The notes: generated from the sequence alone by a model not told the origin. Shown: positions 26,835-40,630, counted from the whole stretch's first letter. The stretch is 62,379 nucleotides of DNA, filler included, from Chiloscyllium plagiosum (GCF_004010195.1; 4 parts of one record of this genome joined end to end with filler, not necessarily neighbours in it); one strand, 5' to 3'. Numbers and translations are program-made.

Positions 26835-27587
26835 TGGAGAAACTCAGCATGTCTGGCAGCATCTGTGGCAAGAAAGCAGTTAATGTTTTGGGTCCATTGA
26901 CTGTCCAGTTTTGAGGAAGGGTCACTGCGCCCAAACATTAACTCTGCTTTCTCTCCAGAGATCCAGGTGGATCTGCTGAATCTTTTCAGTAGTTTCTGTT
27001 TTTGCTACAGATTTCCAGCATCTATAGTTCTTGTTTTTTGCATTAACATGGTTTACTTTAACTTTCAGAAGGCTTTAGTTAAGTGCCATATAAAATATTA
27101 GCATAAGTCTATAAGAAACATCAGCAGGACTAGGCTGTTCTGCCCCACAAACCTGCTGATATTCAATCGGGATCATGGCTGAAATTCACCAAAGATCCTT
27201 CGACAGCACCTTCCAAACCCATGACCATTTCCATTGAGAAGGACAAAGGGATACAAGGGAGGACCACCACCTGGAAATTCCCCTCCAAGTCATTCACCAT
27301 CCTGTCTTAGAAATACTTTTCTAGTCCCTCATTGTCACATGATCAAAATTCTGGAATTCCCTCCTTGAGGGCATTATGGGTCCACCTGCAGCATGTGGAG
27401 TGCAGCGATTCAAGAAGACAGCTCATCATCACCTTCTCAAGAACAACTAGGGATGGGCGGTAAATGCTGGCCAGCCAGAGAAGCCCACATCCCACAAGCA
27501 AATTAAAAAAATGATCTGGCAGAAAAACAGAAATTGCTGGAAAAACTCAGCAGGTCTGGCAGCATCTGTGAAGAGAAATGAGAGTTT

Positions 27588-27914
27588 GTGGGCAGCATGG
27601 TGGCTCAGTGGCTAGCACTGCTGCCTCACAGAGCAAGGGACCTGCAATCAATTCCAGCCTCGGGCAATTACTTGCACATTCTCCCCATGTCTGCGTGGGT
27701 TTCCTCCCAGAATCCAAAGACGTGCAGGTTAGTTGAATTGGCTATGCTAAACTGCCCAAATTGTTCAGGGATGTGTCGGTTAGGTGCATTATTCAGGGGT
27801 AAATGTAGAATAATAGGGTAGGTGAATGGGTCTGGATGGGTTAATCTTCGGAGGGTTGGTGTGAACCTTTTGAGCCGAACGGCCTGTTGCTCCACTTTAG
27901 GGATTCTATGATTC
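27588..27914 (+). mobile_element. HE1-like V-SINE inserted into an older PLE end
   Basis: GGTGGCTCAGTGG A box, V-domain remnant, tail GATTCTATGATTC. Confidence 0.85.
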
Positions 27915-27916
27915 TT

Positions 27917-27950
27917 AACGTTTCAGGTCCTGTGACCCTTCCTCAGAACT
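27917..27950 (-). ncRNA. Minimal hammerhead motif of an older PLE family (3' stem I strand split off by SINE insertion)
   Basis: Minus strand AGTT CTGAGGA A GGGTC-ACAG-GACCT GAAA CGT T AA; the AACT continuation lies beyond the SINE at ~27583-27586. PLE body remnant continues to ~28430. Confidence 0.65.
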
Positions 27951-28642
27951 GATGGCAGCTAGGAAAATGTTAGTTTTTATGCAGAAGATCAGTTTGGGTG
28001 TAAAGGGTAAACAATAGGTGGAGATAGAGTCCAAAGAGAATTAGACAGACAAAGGAAAGAATAACAATTTGGCTGTTAATGGAGACTGTTAGTGACCAAC
28101 AATGGGTTGTGTGGAATGGCAGACTATGTGAGAACAAGGCCTGGTTTATGGGGGCTGGGGTCAGAACATGGGACAGTTCAAGCCCTAAAGTTGTTGAACC
28201 TTATTCTGAGTCCAGAAGGTGCAGGGTCCACAAGTGGACTGCAGCAAGCCTGAGACAGAGACGTCAGAGAACAGGGTGGGATGTTAAAATGCCAGGCAAC
28301 TGGAAACTCTGGGTCTTTTATTCATACAGAATGTAGGTGTTCTGTGAAGCAGTCACCCAGTCTACGCTTTATTTCCAAATGTAAAGGAGACCACATTGTG
28401 AGCAGCAAATGCAGTGGACTAGGTTGTGTGGAATGTAAAGCTATACTCCATGCACTGTAGATCTTTTGCACAGTGTACTGCGATCATCCTATTGTCAGCA
28501 TATTGAAGCTTCAAGATGGAGGTGATGGAAACCTTGCCCTTGGCCTTGAACTGATTAAGGATGAGCACCTGTTGTCCATATAGTAAATGATTTGAATTCC
28601 CTTCAGGGAAGTTTTGGCCAGTGAGATGGAGGATGGCGTCAA

Positions 28643-29640
28643 TGTAGGTGATGCAGCCGAAAATAACTCCACAAAGGCTGGTATCCCGTCATCAAATCAC
28701 CCTTTATTTATATGTTCATAGTAAATGACACTGACCCAGCTAGCACAGAGTGAACAGAACCCTGACACTCCTGTTTATATCTGTCCATCGGGACTCCATA
28801 ATGGCACCAGGTTAACAACTCCAATCAGGAAACTTATACTCTATGAAGACCACCTGGCTGAATTCGTTATAAACATTACATCTCTCCCTTTCTAAGTCCT
28901 GGGTTGCAGGCTTGTTTTTTGTCCTGTAGCTTCTCCTGGGGCATTTTTGCATCAGGTTTGGTTCCTTCAACTCTGCCTTGGATACCGGTAACATGTACCA
29001 CATCGTAGCCTGCCTCTTGTGGCTGGAGCATCTCGAAAAAAATTCAACTGCCTCTTCAGGCAGTACATATACACACGCTCTCTCCCCAGGTCTGGAAAGG
29101 TCAGGTTTAACCTGGTGCAGAGTCTTCTCCACATCAGCAACTCTGTTGGAGTTATCCCAGTAGTTGTGTGAGGGGTGGTCCCACAATTGTATAGGAACTG
29201 GGACAGTTTGGTATTGACTGAAGTTATAGGATGTTTCTTTAAGCCTGCCTTCAACCTTTGGACTGCTCTTTCCACTAGGACATGGGAAATGGATGGTACG
29301 GACCTGTCTTTATGTGCTGAATGCCATTCGACTTTAGGAAAACCTCAAATTCCTTGCTGGCAAATAATGGCCCATTGTCTGTGACTAACACCTGGTGGGA
29401 ATTTTTGTTCTTGGCATTCTGGACACTGTCCCATGAATGTGGCTATTCAGTCCTGACCACCAGTCATAACTTCTCACCAACATATTCCTTTGGAAATCCC
29501 TGGATGACCCTGATGGAGTTCAACCAGTATCAACCTTTGTTTGGGACAATCACTCTTGCCCCTGTAATAATATATCATACAATATATAATATATTGTGAC
29601 TTGGTCTCTTCAGCTTTCAATTCTGTTTGTGATAGTCCTT
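28643..29640 (-). mobile_element. Ty3/Gypsy LTR retrotransposon remnant: integrase + PPT + 3' LTR (28643-28880)
   Basis: ELHQGHPGISK (zinc-binding region) and ERAVQRLKAGLKK..LSQFLYN..TTPHTTTGITPTELLM.RRL-TRL (integrase). Polypurine tract AGAAAGGGAGAGA at 28881-28893, then TG...CA LTR with TATA-like and AATAAA motifs. Confidence 0.8.
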
Positions 29641-29679
29641 TGGTTTCCCTCATCACCACCAGCTGTTTTAGTTTTACCA

Positions 29680-31950
29680 GTTCAAGATGCCATTTAAATG
29701 TTGTTAATGTACCCGCCTCAACCACTTCTGCTGGCAGCTCATTCCCACCCTCTGTAAAGAAAAAAGGTTGCCACTCAGGTTCCCTTTTATTCTTTCTCCT
29801 CTAACCTTAAATTGAAGCTCTCTAATCCCCGATTCCCAACCCTGGGAAAAAGACTGAGTGCATTCATCATATCCATGCCTCTCATGAGCTTATACACTTC
29901 TTTAAGATCTCCCCTAAGTCTCCTATGCTCTAAAGAAAAATGCTGGTTGTCCAACCTCTTTCGCAGAGTTTAATACCATCCTTCCTACAACAAGGAGAAA
30001 AAACTGAACACAATACTCCAAGTGCAGCCTCACCAATGTCCTGTATAACTGCAACATAACTTCCCAATTTCTATACTCAGTGCCCTGATTGCTGAAGGTC
30101 AGTGTGCCACAAGCCTTCTTTGTTGCCCTGTCTACCTGTGACTCTACTTTCAGCTAACCGTGCACCTGAACTCCAAGATCACTCTGTTCCACTACAGTCC
30201 TTAAGGCCCTACAAGTCACCATGAAATCCCAACCTTGATTTGACTTTCCAAAATGCAAGACCTCACACTTATGTATATTAAACTACATCTGCCATTTCTC
30301 AGCCCACTTCCCCAGCTGATCAAGGTCCTGTTGCAATTTCTGAGAACTTTCCTCACTGTCAACAATACCGCCTATTTTACTGTCATCTCCAAACTTACGA
30401 ATTATGCCTTGGACATTCTCATCCAAATCATTGATATCGATAACAAACAGCAATGGGTCCAACACTGACCCCTGTGGACACCACTATTCACAGACTTCCA
30501 GTCCAACAAGCATCCTTCCACTATTACCCTCTGCTTCCTACCATCAAGTCAATTTTGTAACAAATTTGCCAGCTCCTTGGATTCCGTGCAATCTAACCTT
30601 CCAGAGGAGCCTAACATGTGGAACGTTATCAAAGGCCTTACTGAAATCCATATAGACAACAGCTACTGCCCTGCCCTCATCAACTTTCCTGGTCACTTCA
30701 CCAAAGACCTCTAACAAATTTGAGGCATGATCTCCCACGCATAAAGCCATGCTAACTATTCTTAATTGAATCCTGTCTGTCCAAATGCATGTAAATCTTA
30801 TCCCTCAGAATCTTCTCAAGTAACTTACCCACCACAGCTGTTAGGCTTACTGGTCTGTAGTTCCCAGGCTTTTCTTTGTAGCCTTTCTTGAATAAAGGCA
30901 CAACATTCGCTATCCTCCAGTCTTCCAGGACCTCACCTGTGGCTAACGATGATGCAAAAATATCAGCCAGGGCCCCCGGAATTTCTTCTCTAGCCTCTTG
31001 CAATGTTCTTGGATATATCTGGTCAGGACCAGGAGATTTATCCACCTTCATACATTCTAACACATCAACACCTCAGCTACTGTGACATGGACTGTCCCCA
31101 GGATATGACCAAGTTCGAACTCTCCAAGTTTGAAATCTTCATGTCTTTCTTCATGGTAAATACAAATATTTATTGAAGATCTTGCCAATATCCTGCGGTC
31201 CAGACATACATGTCCACTTTAGTCCTTGAGTGATCCTATTCTCTCTTTAGTTATTATTTTTCCTTTAATATACTTGAAGAACCTCTTTGGATTCACCCTA
31301 ATCTTTTTAGCCAATGCTATCTCATGTCTATTTTTTGTCCTCCTGATTTCCTCCTTCAGTAAACTCCTGTATCCCCTATATACCTCCAGGGATCCCAGCT
31401 ATCTGAACCTGAGCCATACCTCAATATCGCTTGTCAGCCAAGGTTCCTATTCCTATCAACCTTACCCCTCATCTTCACAGGAACATATAACCTTGAACTC
31501 TAGCTACCTTACTTTTAAAGGCTTCTCCCTTGCCAGAGGTCCTTTTCCCTGCAAACAAACTACTCCAATCAACCCCTACAAGCTTCTGTCAAAATTCACC
31601 TTGCCCCAATTTAGAACTTGAACCTGTGGACCAGTTTTGTCCCTCTACATAACTCTTTTAAGATTAATAAAACTATGGTCACTGGTCCCAAAGTGCTCTC
31701 CCACTGTTACCTTCATCACCTGTCCAGCCTTATTTCCCAAGACTAGGTTGGGTTTTGCCCCTTCCCGAGTAAGACCCTCTACATACTGCTTGAGGAAACG
31801 TTCCTGAACACACTTAACAAATTTCACTCCATCTAAGCCCTTAATGCTCTGGCAGCCCCGGTCTCTGTTAGGAAAATCAAAATCCCCTATTATGATAACC
31901 TTATTGCTCCTGCAAGTCTCCCCAAACTCCCTGCATATTTGTTCCCCTAA
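29680..31950 (-). mobile_element. CR1 LINE ORF2 remnant (end of EN, RT, 3' region)
   Basis: HFGTSDH, KSPGPDQIYPR, DWRIANVVPLFKKG, NYRPVSLT, MDFSKAFD, FGDDSKIGG. Confidence 0.9.
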
Positions 31951-32479
31951 AGAAGGCCATGTAAAACTGGTAGCTGGCTGATGCTGGTGACTTAAGAGGC
32001 TTTGTCAGGTTGTTCCTGCCACTTTTCTAATAATTGATGTGCTGTGAAGATCATGTCTATTGTTCCTCTGGATGGGCGAACCCACATTGTGATTAAGGGA
32101 GTGTTTCCTCAGATAATGGCAGAAGTAGCAAGGACACTTGCAAGTACTTTCCCAGTGGTTGAAGAAGAGAGATATCCCTGTGATTCCCACAGTCAGCCTT
32201 GTCATCCTTTTTGAATATGATCACAATCAGAGCAACCCTGAGCTCCAAAAGGAGTTCTTCTTTGAGCCAAACATTCAAAAGTAAAGCGTGTGTGTGTTCC
32301 TGGAGCTGTGGGTCACCTCACTTTCGGACGTCTGCAGGAATCTCATCAGGGAGAGCAACCTTGTTATTTCTGAGACTCCTTATGGCATCTTGTACTTCGG
32401 TCACATTGGGAGGTTCTCCGATGTCACCTTGCATGGATCTCTGGGGATTTGTTTGATGATTTCCAAGTTAACATTGGTA

Positions 32480-32707
32480 CAGGTTGTTCTGGTATAATGT
32501 GCGTTTCGCCAACCCAAGTTAACTATAATGCGGTTGATGGATTGTGGATGCTATTTGGATAATGCAAACTTTCTACTGAATGATTATAATGATTTTCTAT
32601 AGCAATCTTCTGCAGTGCGATTTTCTCTAGCAGTTTTCCATAGCGTGACTTTCTACAGCTCAAGGTTGTAGAGAAACACAACTGTGGAGTTGTAGCAGAC
32701 CGACGTG
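32480..32707. mobile_element. Tigger/pogo-like MITE
   Basis: TA-flanked imperfect TIRs CAGGTTGTTCTGGTATAA ... TTGTAGCAGACCGACGTG, interrupting the RTE element. Confidence 0.55.
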
Positions 32708-33493
32708 TATTATGGTTGAGAAGTTCTTGGAAACAATCTCTGCAGCAGGTGTTTAATGCCTTGATGTCCTTGAGCAGATTTTGTCCATTTTAGAGCACAG
32801 TAGCTTGGACTGTACATTGTTTTAGTGGCACTGAAGAAGCCTTTTGTGTCACTGGCAGCTGCCAGTTGCTGGATTTCAAAAGCCTTATCAGTCCACCGAT
32901 TATTTTTGAGCTCCTATACTCTCATCTGGACATCGGTCTTATGTTTGGCACAGGCCCTTCTTTTGACCTTGCAGTTCATATCATTTTGCTGCTCACAGAA
33001 GCCTGTTCTTGTCTTGGAGATGAGCTGTTCAATTTCCCTGTCATTCTCATCGAATCAGTCCTGATGATTTCTGGACTGGTACCCGAAGGTGTTATTGCAG
33101 GTACTGAGAATGGTTGATTTAAGCAGACATCGATGTTCACTTTTGTTCTTTGGGTATTCCTGAGGTAGGCTTTTAGCAGGTGAGGCCTGTACATGTTGCG
33201 TAGTGACTGTTTCACCCAGACTCTTGATGTTGAATCTTGGCCGGGTCTGTTTCACCTGAACCCTCTTCTTCTGTGTATTTTGATGCACTTTGTGGAATGG
33301 ATAAGGTGGTGATCAGTGCAGCAGTCATCTAAGCCAACTGTTGTCCTGGTCACATTCACATTCTGCCAGTCCCTGGAGCAAACAATGACATAATTGATTA
33401 GATGCCTTTCTTTCGAGAGTAGGTACCTCCAAGGTGCTCTGGATTTATTTTTCTGATGGAAGAGCATATTTGTGCTCAGCACATTTTGTGAGA

Positions 33494-33588
33494 GCCAAGA
33501 TTAGAGTGGTGTTGGAAAAGCACAGCAGGTCAGACAGCATCCAAGCAGCAAGAAAATTGACGTTTCGGGCAAAAGCCCTTCATCAGGA
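33494..33588 (-). mobile_element. 95-bp solo hammerhead module (PLE-derived) with 11-bp TSD
   Basis: Minus strand TC CTGATGA A GGGC-TTTT-GCCC GAAA CGT C plus ~60-nt tail. ATTTTGTGAGA at 33483-33493 and 33589-33599. Confidence 0.82.
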
Positions 33589-36500
33589 ATTTTGTGAGAA
33601 GAAGGACTCCATTAGAGTTCATGTTTCCAATACCTTCCCTCCCTATGGTGCCATTCTAAAGGTTGTAGTCTGGACCAACCCTGGCATTAAAGTCTCTAAA
33701 GAAGTATTAACTTGTCCTCCTTGAGGATACTGGTCAATAGTGTGTCAAGGTGGATAGAAAGTCTCTTTTACTTCCTCCTCCGAGTCAAGGGTTGGGGCAT
33801 AAGCACTCACAACTGTAGACATCTGGTTGTTGCTGAGCATCAGGCGGATGGGTCATTGATCCCCACAGGAAGTTCAGAGAGACAACTGTTAAACTGCTTC
33901 TTCATTGCGAATCCAATACTGTGAATTCTAGACTCATCAGCAGCCTTCCCTTTCCAGAAGAAGGTGTAACTACTTTTCACCTCCTTCAGTTGCCTTTGTC
34001 TGAAAGGCAGTTTTCACAAAGAGTAACTGTGTCAATCTGGCAACTTTGCAGTTCTCTGGCTATGATTACCGTTCTTCTCTCAGATTGGTCACTGTTAGCT
34101 GGGTCCTTCAGGGTTTTTACATTCCAGGCTGCAAAGTTTATTGTTCTTCATTTCTGACTGCATGTGGGTGATCCCCCTGGATGCAGTAATCCAGTCAGGA
34201 TTTTTGAGGCAGGCTATTTTTTGGACACCTTTTCCAGCCCCCTCCCCGATTGGGATGAGCAGAGTGGATCCTAAATAGGGCTGCTCAGCTGTGGATGCAG
34301 CTGCTGAAGTGCTCAATCTGCCTCGTCCAGGAGCAAGACGACTGAATCTGACACTCACTGCCTAATGAGTCAGTTTGTGACCAGGAGCTTCCAGCTATCA
34401 CAGTCCAGCCCCCTCTGCCACTAGCTAATCGCCATAGGACTTTTGTTTGGGGTGTAAGTAGGACTTTTAACCTTTTGTGAGGACACCTGTGCATGACATC
34501 TTTTATTGTGGAGCTGGCTTGTGCACAGATACCCACCATAATAACCTTGGTAGTTGGGGGGTTCGAAGGCCAATGGTTTGGAGGTGAAGATGACTGGTGA
34601 CTCTTCCCTATTGCAGCCTTCATTTGCCTTCACAGCTATTGTGATATTCCAATTTAAGTTCAGTTATCATCCTCTGCCATTGAGGTCTTCATGGATCAGC
34701 GCTTTATTGGAACCTCCTCCTTGACCTTATCATCATGGATGACCTTGCCAGGAGCTATGCTCAGGTTCCCAGGTACACACAAGCCTCTCTAGCACAACAA
34801 GGTGGTGATCCTCAGACAGGATTCTTTGAAGTCATTGTGTAAAGGCAAGTATGTTCTTTGGATTCATTCTTGCTCCTTGCATCGAGTCTCAGAAAAATGT
34901 AAGATTGTGCTACTGTTTGATCAAAAGTTTTGATGAATGTATTGAATGAAACAGCAATTAATATTTAGTTATCAAATGCTTGTATTCAACAGGATTAAAC
35001 ACTGCAGCTTAGAATTTCCTTTGGAGTTTACTCAGTCTCCTATTATTGCTCCAACAGGTAAATAAATAAAAACACACAAGAAATGATCTGTGGCTGAGAA
35101 CTGTTACTTTTACTGTTATTCCGAGGCTCTTATTTTCTTCCCTACTGCAATCATGATGAGAGGCTAGTGAATTACTTTTCCCCTGTTGCATTTTCAAAAA
35201 TGTTTGATCTGTTCTGGTAGGACTGCCTTTTGGAGTTGTGCTGGTTGGGAGCATCATCACAAAATAGCCTAAGCTGTTGAAATGCCAAAGAGTAGAGGTG
35301 TGGAGCACTAGGTCAACGATGTGTTCACTTTTTTTACTTCAATTTTACTGGGAAACTGTCAATAATGTGACTTTGATTTAACAGAATTGTTTCTGAGATA
35401 GGTTAGATGGTGCAGCCATGAATACAGCATCCAGTCAGGTCATAACCAACACTGTCTGTAAATGCCCAGGTAACATCTACACTCTACTTTTATAGCAATA
35501 ATTCTTTTCAGACTGCAACAGACAACAACAATAAGCTCTCATATTACAGTGATGAATCTTGGAGGCTCACCACACCAGGCATCTTCTTCATGAGGTTTTG
35601 CTGACATGGCATGCTTCCTCATGGTGCAAGATGCCACGAATACTTGGAAGGTGACCTTGAACAGCCTGGCACCAAGATAACAGACTGCACTGACATTGGC
35701 AGCAGTCTAGCTGGACATGAGCCAATGGCATCGAAGGAGTGAGTGGCAAGACAGCACTTGTTCTGAGAAAGATTCCTATTCTATGGAGCCAATGCCCTTT
35801 GCACAGGCAGTGCCCCGATACTCCTAATATTTTCCCTCAGAATAGAAGGCTGGGGTTACATGAAAGCTTTAGTGGTTCATTTCTACAGTGAACCTCACAA
35901 GTAAGATGGTAGCCATCTCAGTGTTGATGGCAACACTATGTGATGCATTGGAACCTGCATGGATGCTGTGGTCTGGTGGTGTTCATGACAAGCCTGTGCA
36001 GCAAGTTGAAGGGAACCTCTGCAATTGCTATACAGTTTCTTCAGGCTGCCCAGCATCTCCAAGATGTGGTCATCTTCAGTATCCTGGCCCATCAAATTCT
36101 GTATTTGAGTCCTTTGCAGCAAAACTTGTGTGTGACCTTACTGATCAGCAAACTGGAACTAGCACTATCCTATCCATGCCCTCACTTCTACAGGAGTGTT
36201 TAAGTCAGTCAATACATTGGAATTCAACTTCTGAGATTAGTGTCTGAGGTGGAGCTTGCAAGATTGAAACCTAGTGACAATGAATCATGTGTTGCAGAGC
36301 ATTTGGGGAGGGAAGTCAGAAGAGGTAAGGTTTAAATAAGATGATACTCTGCTTGGTGAGTTCCACTGGTAATTTCTTTTTCATAAAGGGGGGAGCAGGG
36401 CGTTCGATATGGTGGTTCCACATCTGTGGCAGTCTGATACCTGGGGAAAATTTTCCATGCCCAAATGCGAGTGAGTATGGAAGTGGGCAGATATGCAACT

Positions 36501-38753
36501 TTGCACTGTTGGCCTTCCTGCCAGCACCATTTCACCATAATCTAATGCCAAGGACTATCCATCCACAAGTGGTGAGTAAATAGTCTGTTAAAGCCAATCA
36601 GCAGATCAATTGGAATTTTTCATTTAGCCTGTAGATTTCCCCCACAGCATTCAGAATGGGGTTAGCTGTCTGCAGACAGATAAGGGGTGGGAAACAGTAG
36701 GCAAGGCAGGCTTCGAGTCTCCCCACAACCGCCTGGCAACAGTTTTGGCCACAAAGAAACAACTGTATGGAGGTGATCCCCCACCATAATGGTAGTTTGA
36801 CACTCTGGCCATTTTTTAGCTTATAAGTTGAGGAGGGAACACCACGAGGTGAGGTGGCCTCTCCCTCTCTTATCTGAAATGGTAGGCTGCTGCTTCTTTT
36901 GAGTTCAATTTGTAGATTCAAAGGAAAATCACTCTTTCCCACTCATTGTGGAGTCAGGAGCCCTAACTGACCCTTACGTAAGTGTCCTAACTGGAAACCC
37001 AACATTCTGTCCCTACTGTTATGTACTTGGTTGTTCTGTAAGTAATAGGGAAGTGTTTTATTGAGCACCTGATTACTACATTGCTCTCTATATGATTTTC
37101 CATGAATATTAATCTATCCTAAAAATGTTTAAATCTCAGTAGCAACTATACAATTTCTGCAAAATGTGTATTTACCTGGTTAAAGTGATCTGAAAGATTT
37201 TATATCCAGCAATATATGATGCCAGCTTAGTAAAGCTTTGTTTTCCAGAACCTCCAACTCCTACCAGCAAAGCATTTCCACAATCTGTACGGATTATACG
37301 TGATATCTATAAAACATTGTCAATTTGCTGTCAGAATAGGATACATCTTTTTAAATGAAGAAACTAAAGAAGCAGTATAAGTAGTCAATGTTTACCAATC
37401 TTCTTCAAGTATAAAATCACAATGTATACAAAGCTTTAATTAAAAAGATAAAGCAAGGTATCTAGCTTTTATTACAATTATTCACAGCATCACGATTTTT
37501 TTGATTTGTAATTGAGAGTTGGGGTTAAGAGTTGAACTTTGAATACCTCCTTGTTTCAAAAAGAGAATGAAAGCAGATGTCGTCTGTTGGAAACTGATCT
37601 GGAAGGTAATGCAACTTAATTTCTGTTCTAAGAACAATATTGATGATTCAGCATTGAGTTGTGGAAATGCTCAGGGCTTGCAGCTGGTTGGATATTAAAC
37701 TGGTCAAACAAGTGAAGACTAGTGCTAACTGGCCAACCACAGGTTGATATAAAAAAGATACTGACTAAAAAAAAAGAACTTATTCTTATTCTAAACTGGG
37801 TTTTGGCAGATTTGAGAAGCTCCTGGACAGCTGCTCTATTTTGTTCTTTCTAGTTTTCACGCCAGTTATCAAATTGTTGAATGTTCTAAGAAAAGAATCC
37901 AAGTCTGAAAAAAATAACTAAGTACTCTAAGGTGTCTGTCAAAATTGGTTGTGCTAACTGGTATCATCAGAATTTGAAGAAGCTATCTAGTTCTTTGTGG
38001 CTGTGAACAGTTCATTGCCCAAGGATTTAATGAAGGACTGACATTCATTGTCTGAAGCTGATTAATTGAACTGGCAATTTCGAATAGTTACTTTCTTTCC
38101 AATTTATTCATAGACTGTGTCTGTTGTCAGCCTGTCTGTGTGTGAGTGAGGGTCACGGTCAAAGAAAATGGGGTTCAGATTGTAGTCATTAAGTACATAA
38201 CCTGGTTTATCTTTGTTCTGTTACATTATTAATAATAAATAGTTAATTTTTATTTAAGTTATAAACTTGATTTCCAAGATCTGTTGTTTGTTAAGTCTGT
38301 TTAGGAACAACTGAGCAATTTTGAGGATCATTGAGTGTTGTAATTTCACTGTGTTGCGAATCCAGTGATTTGGGCTGATTTGGTTTGGCTTGCTATCCCT
38401 ATGTTATAACATAACACAATTAGATTTAATCGAATTGGCCAAGCAAAGGCCACAGATAATCTCATGTTTTTAGACTAATTTTACAAAAATACTGAGGATA
38501 AATATACTGTTTCAAACAACTCTGCATCAAAATAAAGCCATGTTTGTCTCAATGATTAGAAATGGGCTGATGGTAAAATAAATCCATCATGGATAATGTG
38601 CAGAATACAAGTTAGATTGAAACAGAAAGCCTTGAAATAGCATCTTGGAAAAGAATAAGGTACTGCAGGAGTTTGCAGAACTAAAGATTGACTTAAATAG
38701 AATGGCAATGTAAGGAGGAGGAAGTACTTGCAGGACAGTTTAATACAGGTGCA

Positions 38754-38927
38754 CAGAGGAACCTCGATTATCCAACAGTCATGGGTAGGGAGTATTTCAT
38801 TCTGTTAATCAAATTCTGGCTAATCGAAAGACAGATAACATAGTTTAGCCAAGCATTGGGACCTAGTGATCTTGCTGGATAATCCGATATTTGGATAATC
38901 AAATGCTGAATAATTGAGGTTTCTCTG
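38754..38927. mobile_element. Tigger/pogo-like MITE
   Basis: TIRs CAGAGGAACCTCGATTAT ... ATAATTGAGGTTTCTCTG followed by TA. Confidence 0.65.
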
Positions 38928-39245
38928 TAGATATGGGGAAACTAGACAAGAGTATAAGAGAGAAGGGGACAAATGATTATAACTGCAGATTTAGATGGGA
39001 AAAGATGGGAGGAGACTTGATTAGAATATAAGCACTGGCTGGACTGGTGGGGCTGAATGACTTAGTTCTGTATTGCATATTCTATGTAATCCTTAGAAGG
39101 AATAAGAGTATAACATTCAGAGAAGCAGTGACTGTAGTCTTGAAAATAGAGGCAGGAAAAGTTGTGTTGGAGAGACACATTGGAATTCAAATTAACAAGA
39201 ACTTGCTTATCATACAGGGCCTTTTTTCTTGCAGGTTCCAACAAA

Positions 39246-39586
39246 AGGTGAAACTGAGGTCTGCAGATGCTGGTGATCAGAGTCAAAGAATGTGGTGCTG
39301 GAGAAGCACAGCCATTCAGGCAGAATCCGAGGAGCAGGAGAATCAACGTTTTGAGCATAAACTCTACATCAGGAATGAGGGGTTGGCCCAAGGAGGATGA
39401 GAGATAAATGGGAGAGGGTGGGGCTGGGGGGGTAAGGTAGCTAGGAATGCGATAGGTAGATGAAGGTGGGGGTGATGGTGATAGGTCGGAGTGCAGGGTG
39501 GAGAGGATAGATGGGAAGAAAGATGGACAGGTAGGACAGTTCAAGAAGGCGGTGCTGAGTTGGAGGGTTGGATCTGGGATAAGGTG
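39246..39586 (-). mobile_element. PLE 3' end (hammerhead core mutated), cut by gap
   Basis: Homologous to 24661-24923. Core reads CTGATGT..AAAACGTT. Confidence 0.8.
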
Positions 39587-39686
39587 NNNNNNNNNNNNNN
39601 NNNNNNNNNNNNNNNNNNNNNNNNNNNNNNTTAATTAATTAANNNNNNNNNNNNNNNNNNNNNNNNNNNNNNNNNNNNNNNNNNNN
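39587..39686. other. Artificial assembly spacer (N44-TTAATTAATTAA-N44)
   Basis: Same as 20171-20270. Confidence 0.95.
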
Positions 39687-40540
39687 TTGAACAGCACTGA
39701 GCGTGGCAAGGGCACAGAATGTATTCTAGCTGGTCAAACTTGAAAGATACTGCTGATCAATTGGGTCTGAGGCAGGTGGTGAAGGAACCAAGTAAGATGG
39801 AAAAGGTATTACAGCTTATCCTTGCTAATCTGCCTGCCACAGACGCATCTATCCATGACAATATCAATAAAAATGACGCTCTCATTGTGGAAACAAAATT
39901 CTGCCTTCACACGAATTCTACCCTACATTGCGTGGTGTGGCACTATTACTGTGCTAAATGTGACTGACTTTCAACTAGTCCAGCAACTCGACACTGGACC
40001 TCTGTGAGATGCTAGGAGCCACCAGCAGCAGAACTGTACTCCAACACAATCTGTGACCTTATGGCCTGACATATCCCCACAGTACCATTCCCATCAAGCC
40101 AATAGATCAACTATAGCTCATTGGAAAGTGAAGGAGGGCATGCTAACAGCAGGACCAGGCATCCCTAAAAATGCCCTTGAAGTTACAAAAAATGCCAAAC
40201 AGCATAAGTAGCAACAGATAGACAGAGCTAAGTGATTCAATACAAATGATCAGATCTGTATTCTGTAGTTCTGCCACATTTGGTTCTGAATGCTGGTGGA
40301 TCGTTAAGCACTGCACTGGAGGAGGAGCCTTCATAAATATCCCCAAATATATGTGATATCAAAAAACATTGGATACTGCAAAAGTGATGGACCATGATAA
40401 CATTTCAGTTAAAGTACCAAAACTTTGCTGCTCCTTTAGCCAAGCTATTCAAGTAAAGCTACAACACTGGTATCAATCTGACAATAAGAAAATTGCCCAG
40501 GTATGTCCTGTACATAAAATGCAGGACAAATTCAACCAGG
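39687..40540 (+). mobile_element. Decayed CR1/L2-group LINE ORF fragment, followed by a PLE tail piece (40538-40623, minus)
   Basis: LGLRQVVKEP..LILANLP and KIAQVCPVHKMQDKFN; homologous to 50900-51540. Confidence 0.7.
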
Positions 40541-40630
40541 AGAAAGTGAGGACTGCAGATGCTGGGGATCAGAGTCGAAGAGTGTGGTGCTGGAAAAGCA
40601 CAGCTGATCAGGCAACATCCAAGTTAATTT

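Larger units (their letters stand above)
31960..34800 (-). mobile_element. RTE-clade (BovB-like) LINE remnant: 5' region, APE endonuclease, start of RT
   Basis: HLINYVIVCSRDWQNVNVTR..DCCTDHHLI and IFKKDDKADCGNHRDISLL motifs. Heavily disrupted. Confidence 0.7.

Noticed and set aside
35870..36950. Several 60-120-aa ORFs in non-repeat-looking sequence
   Set aside because: No recognisable CUL9 or dynein similarity and no convincing splice-bounded exon; probably very old repeat debris.
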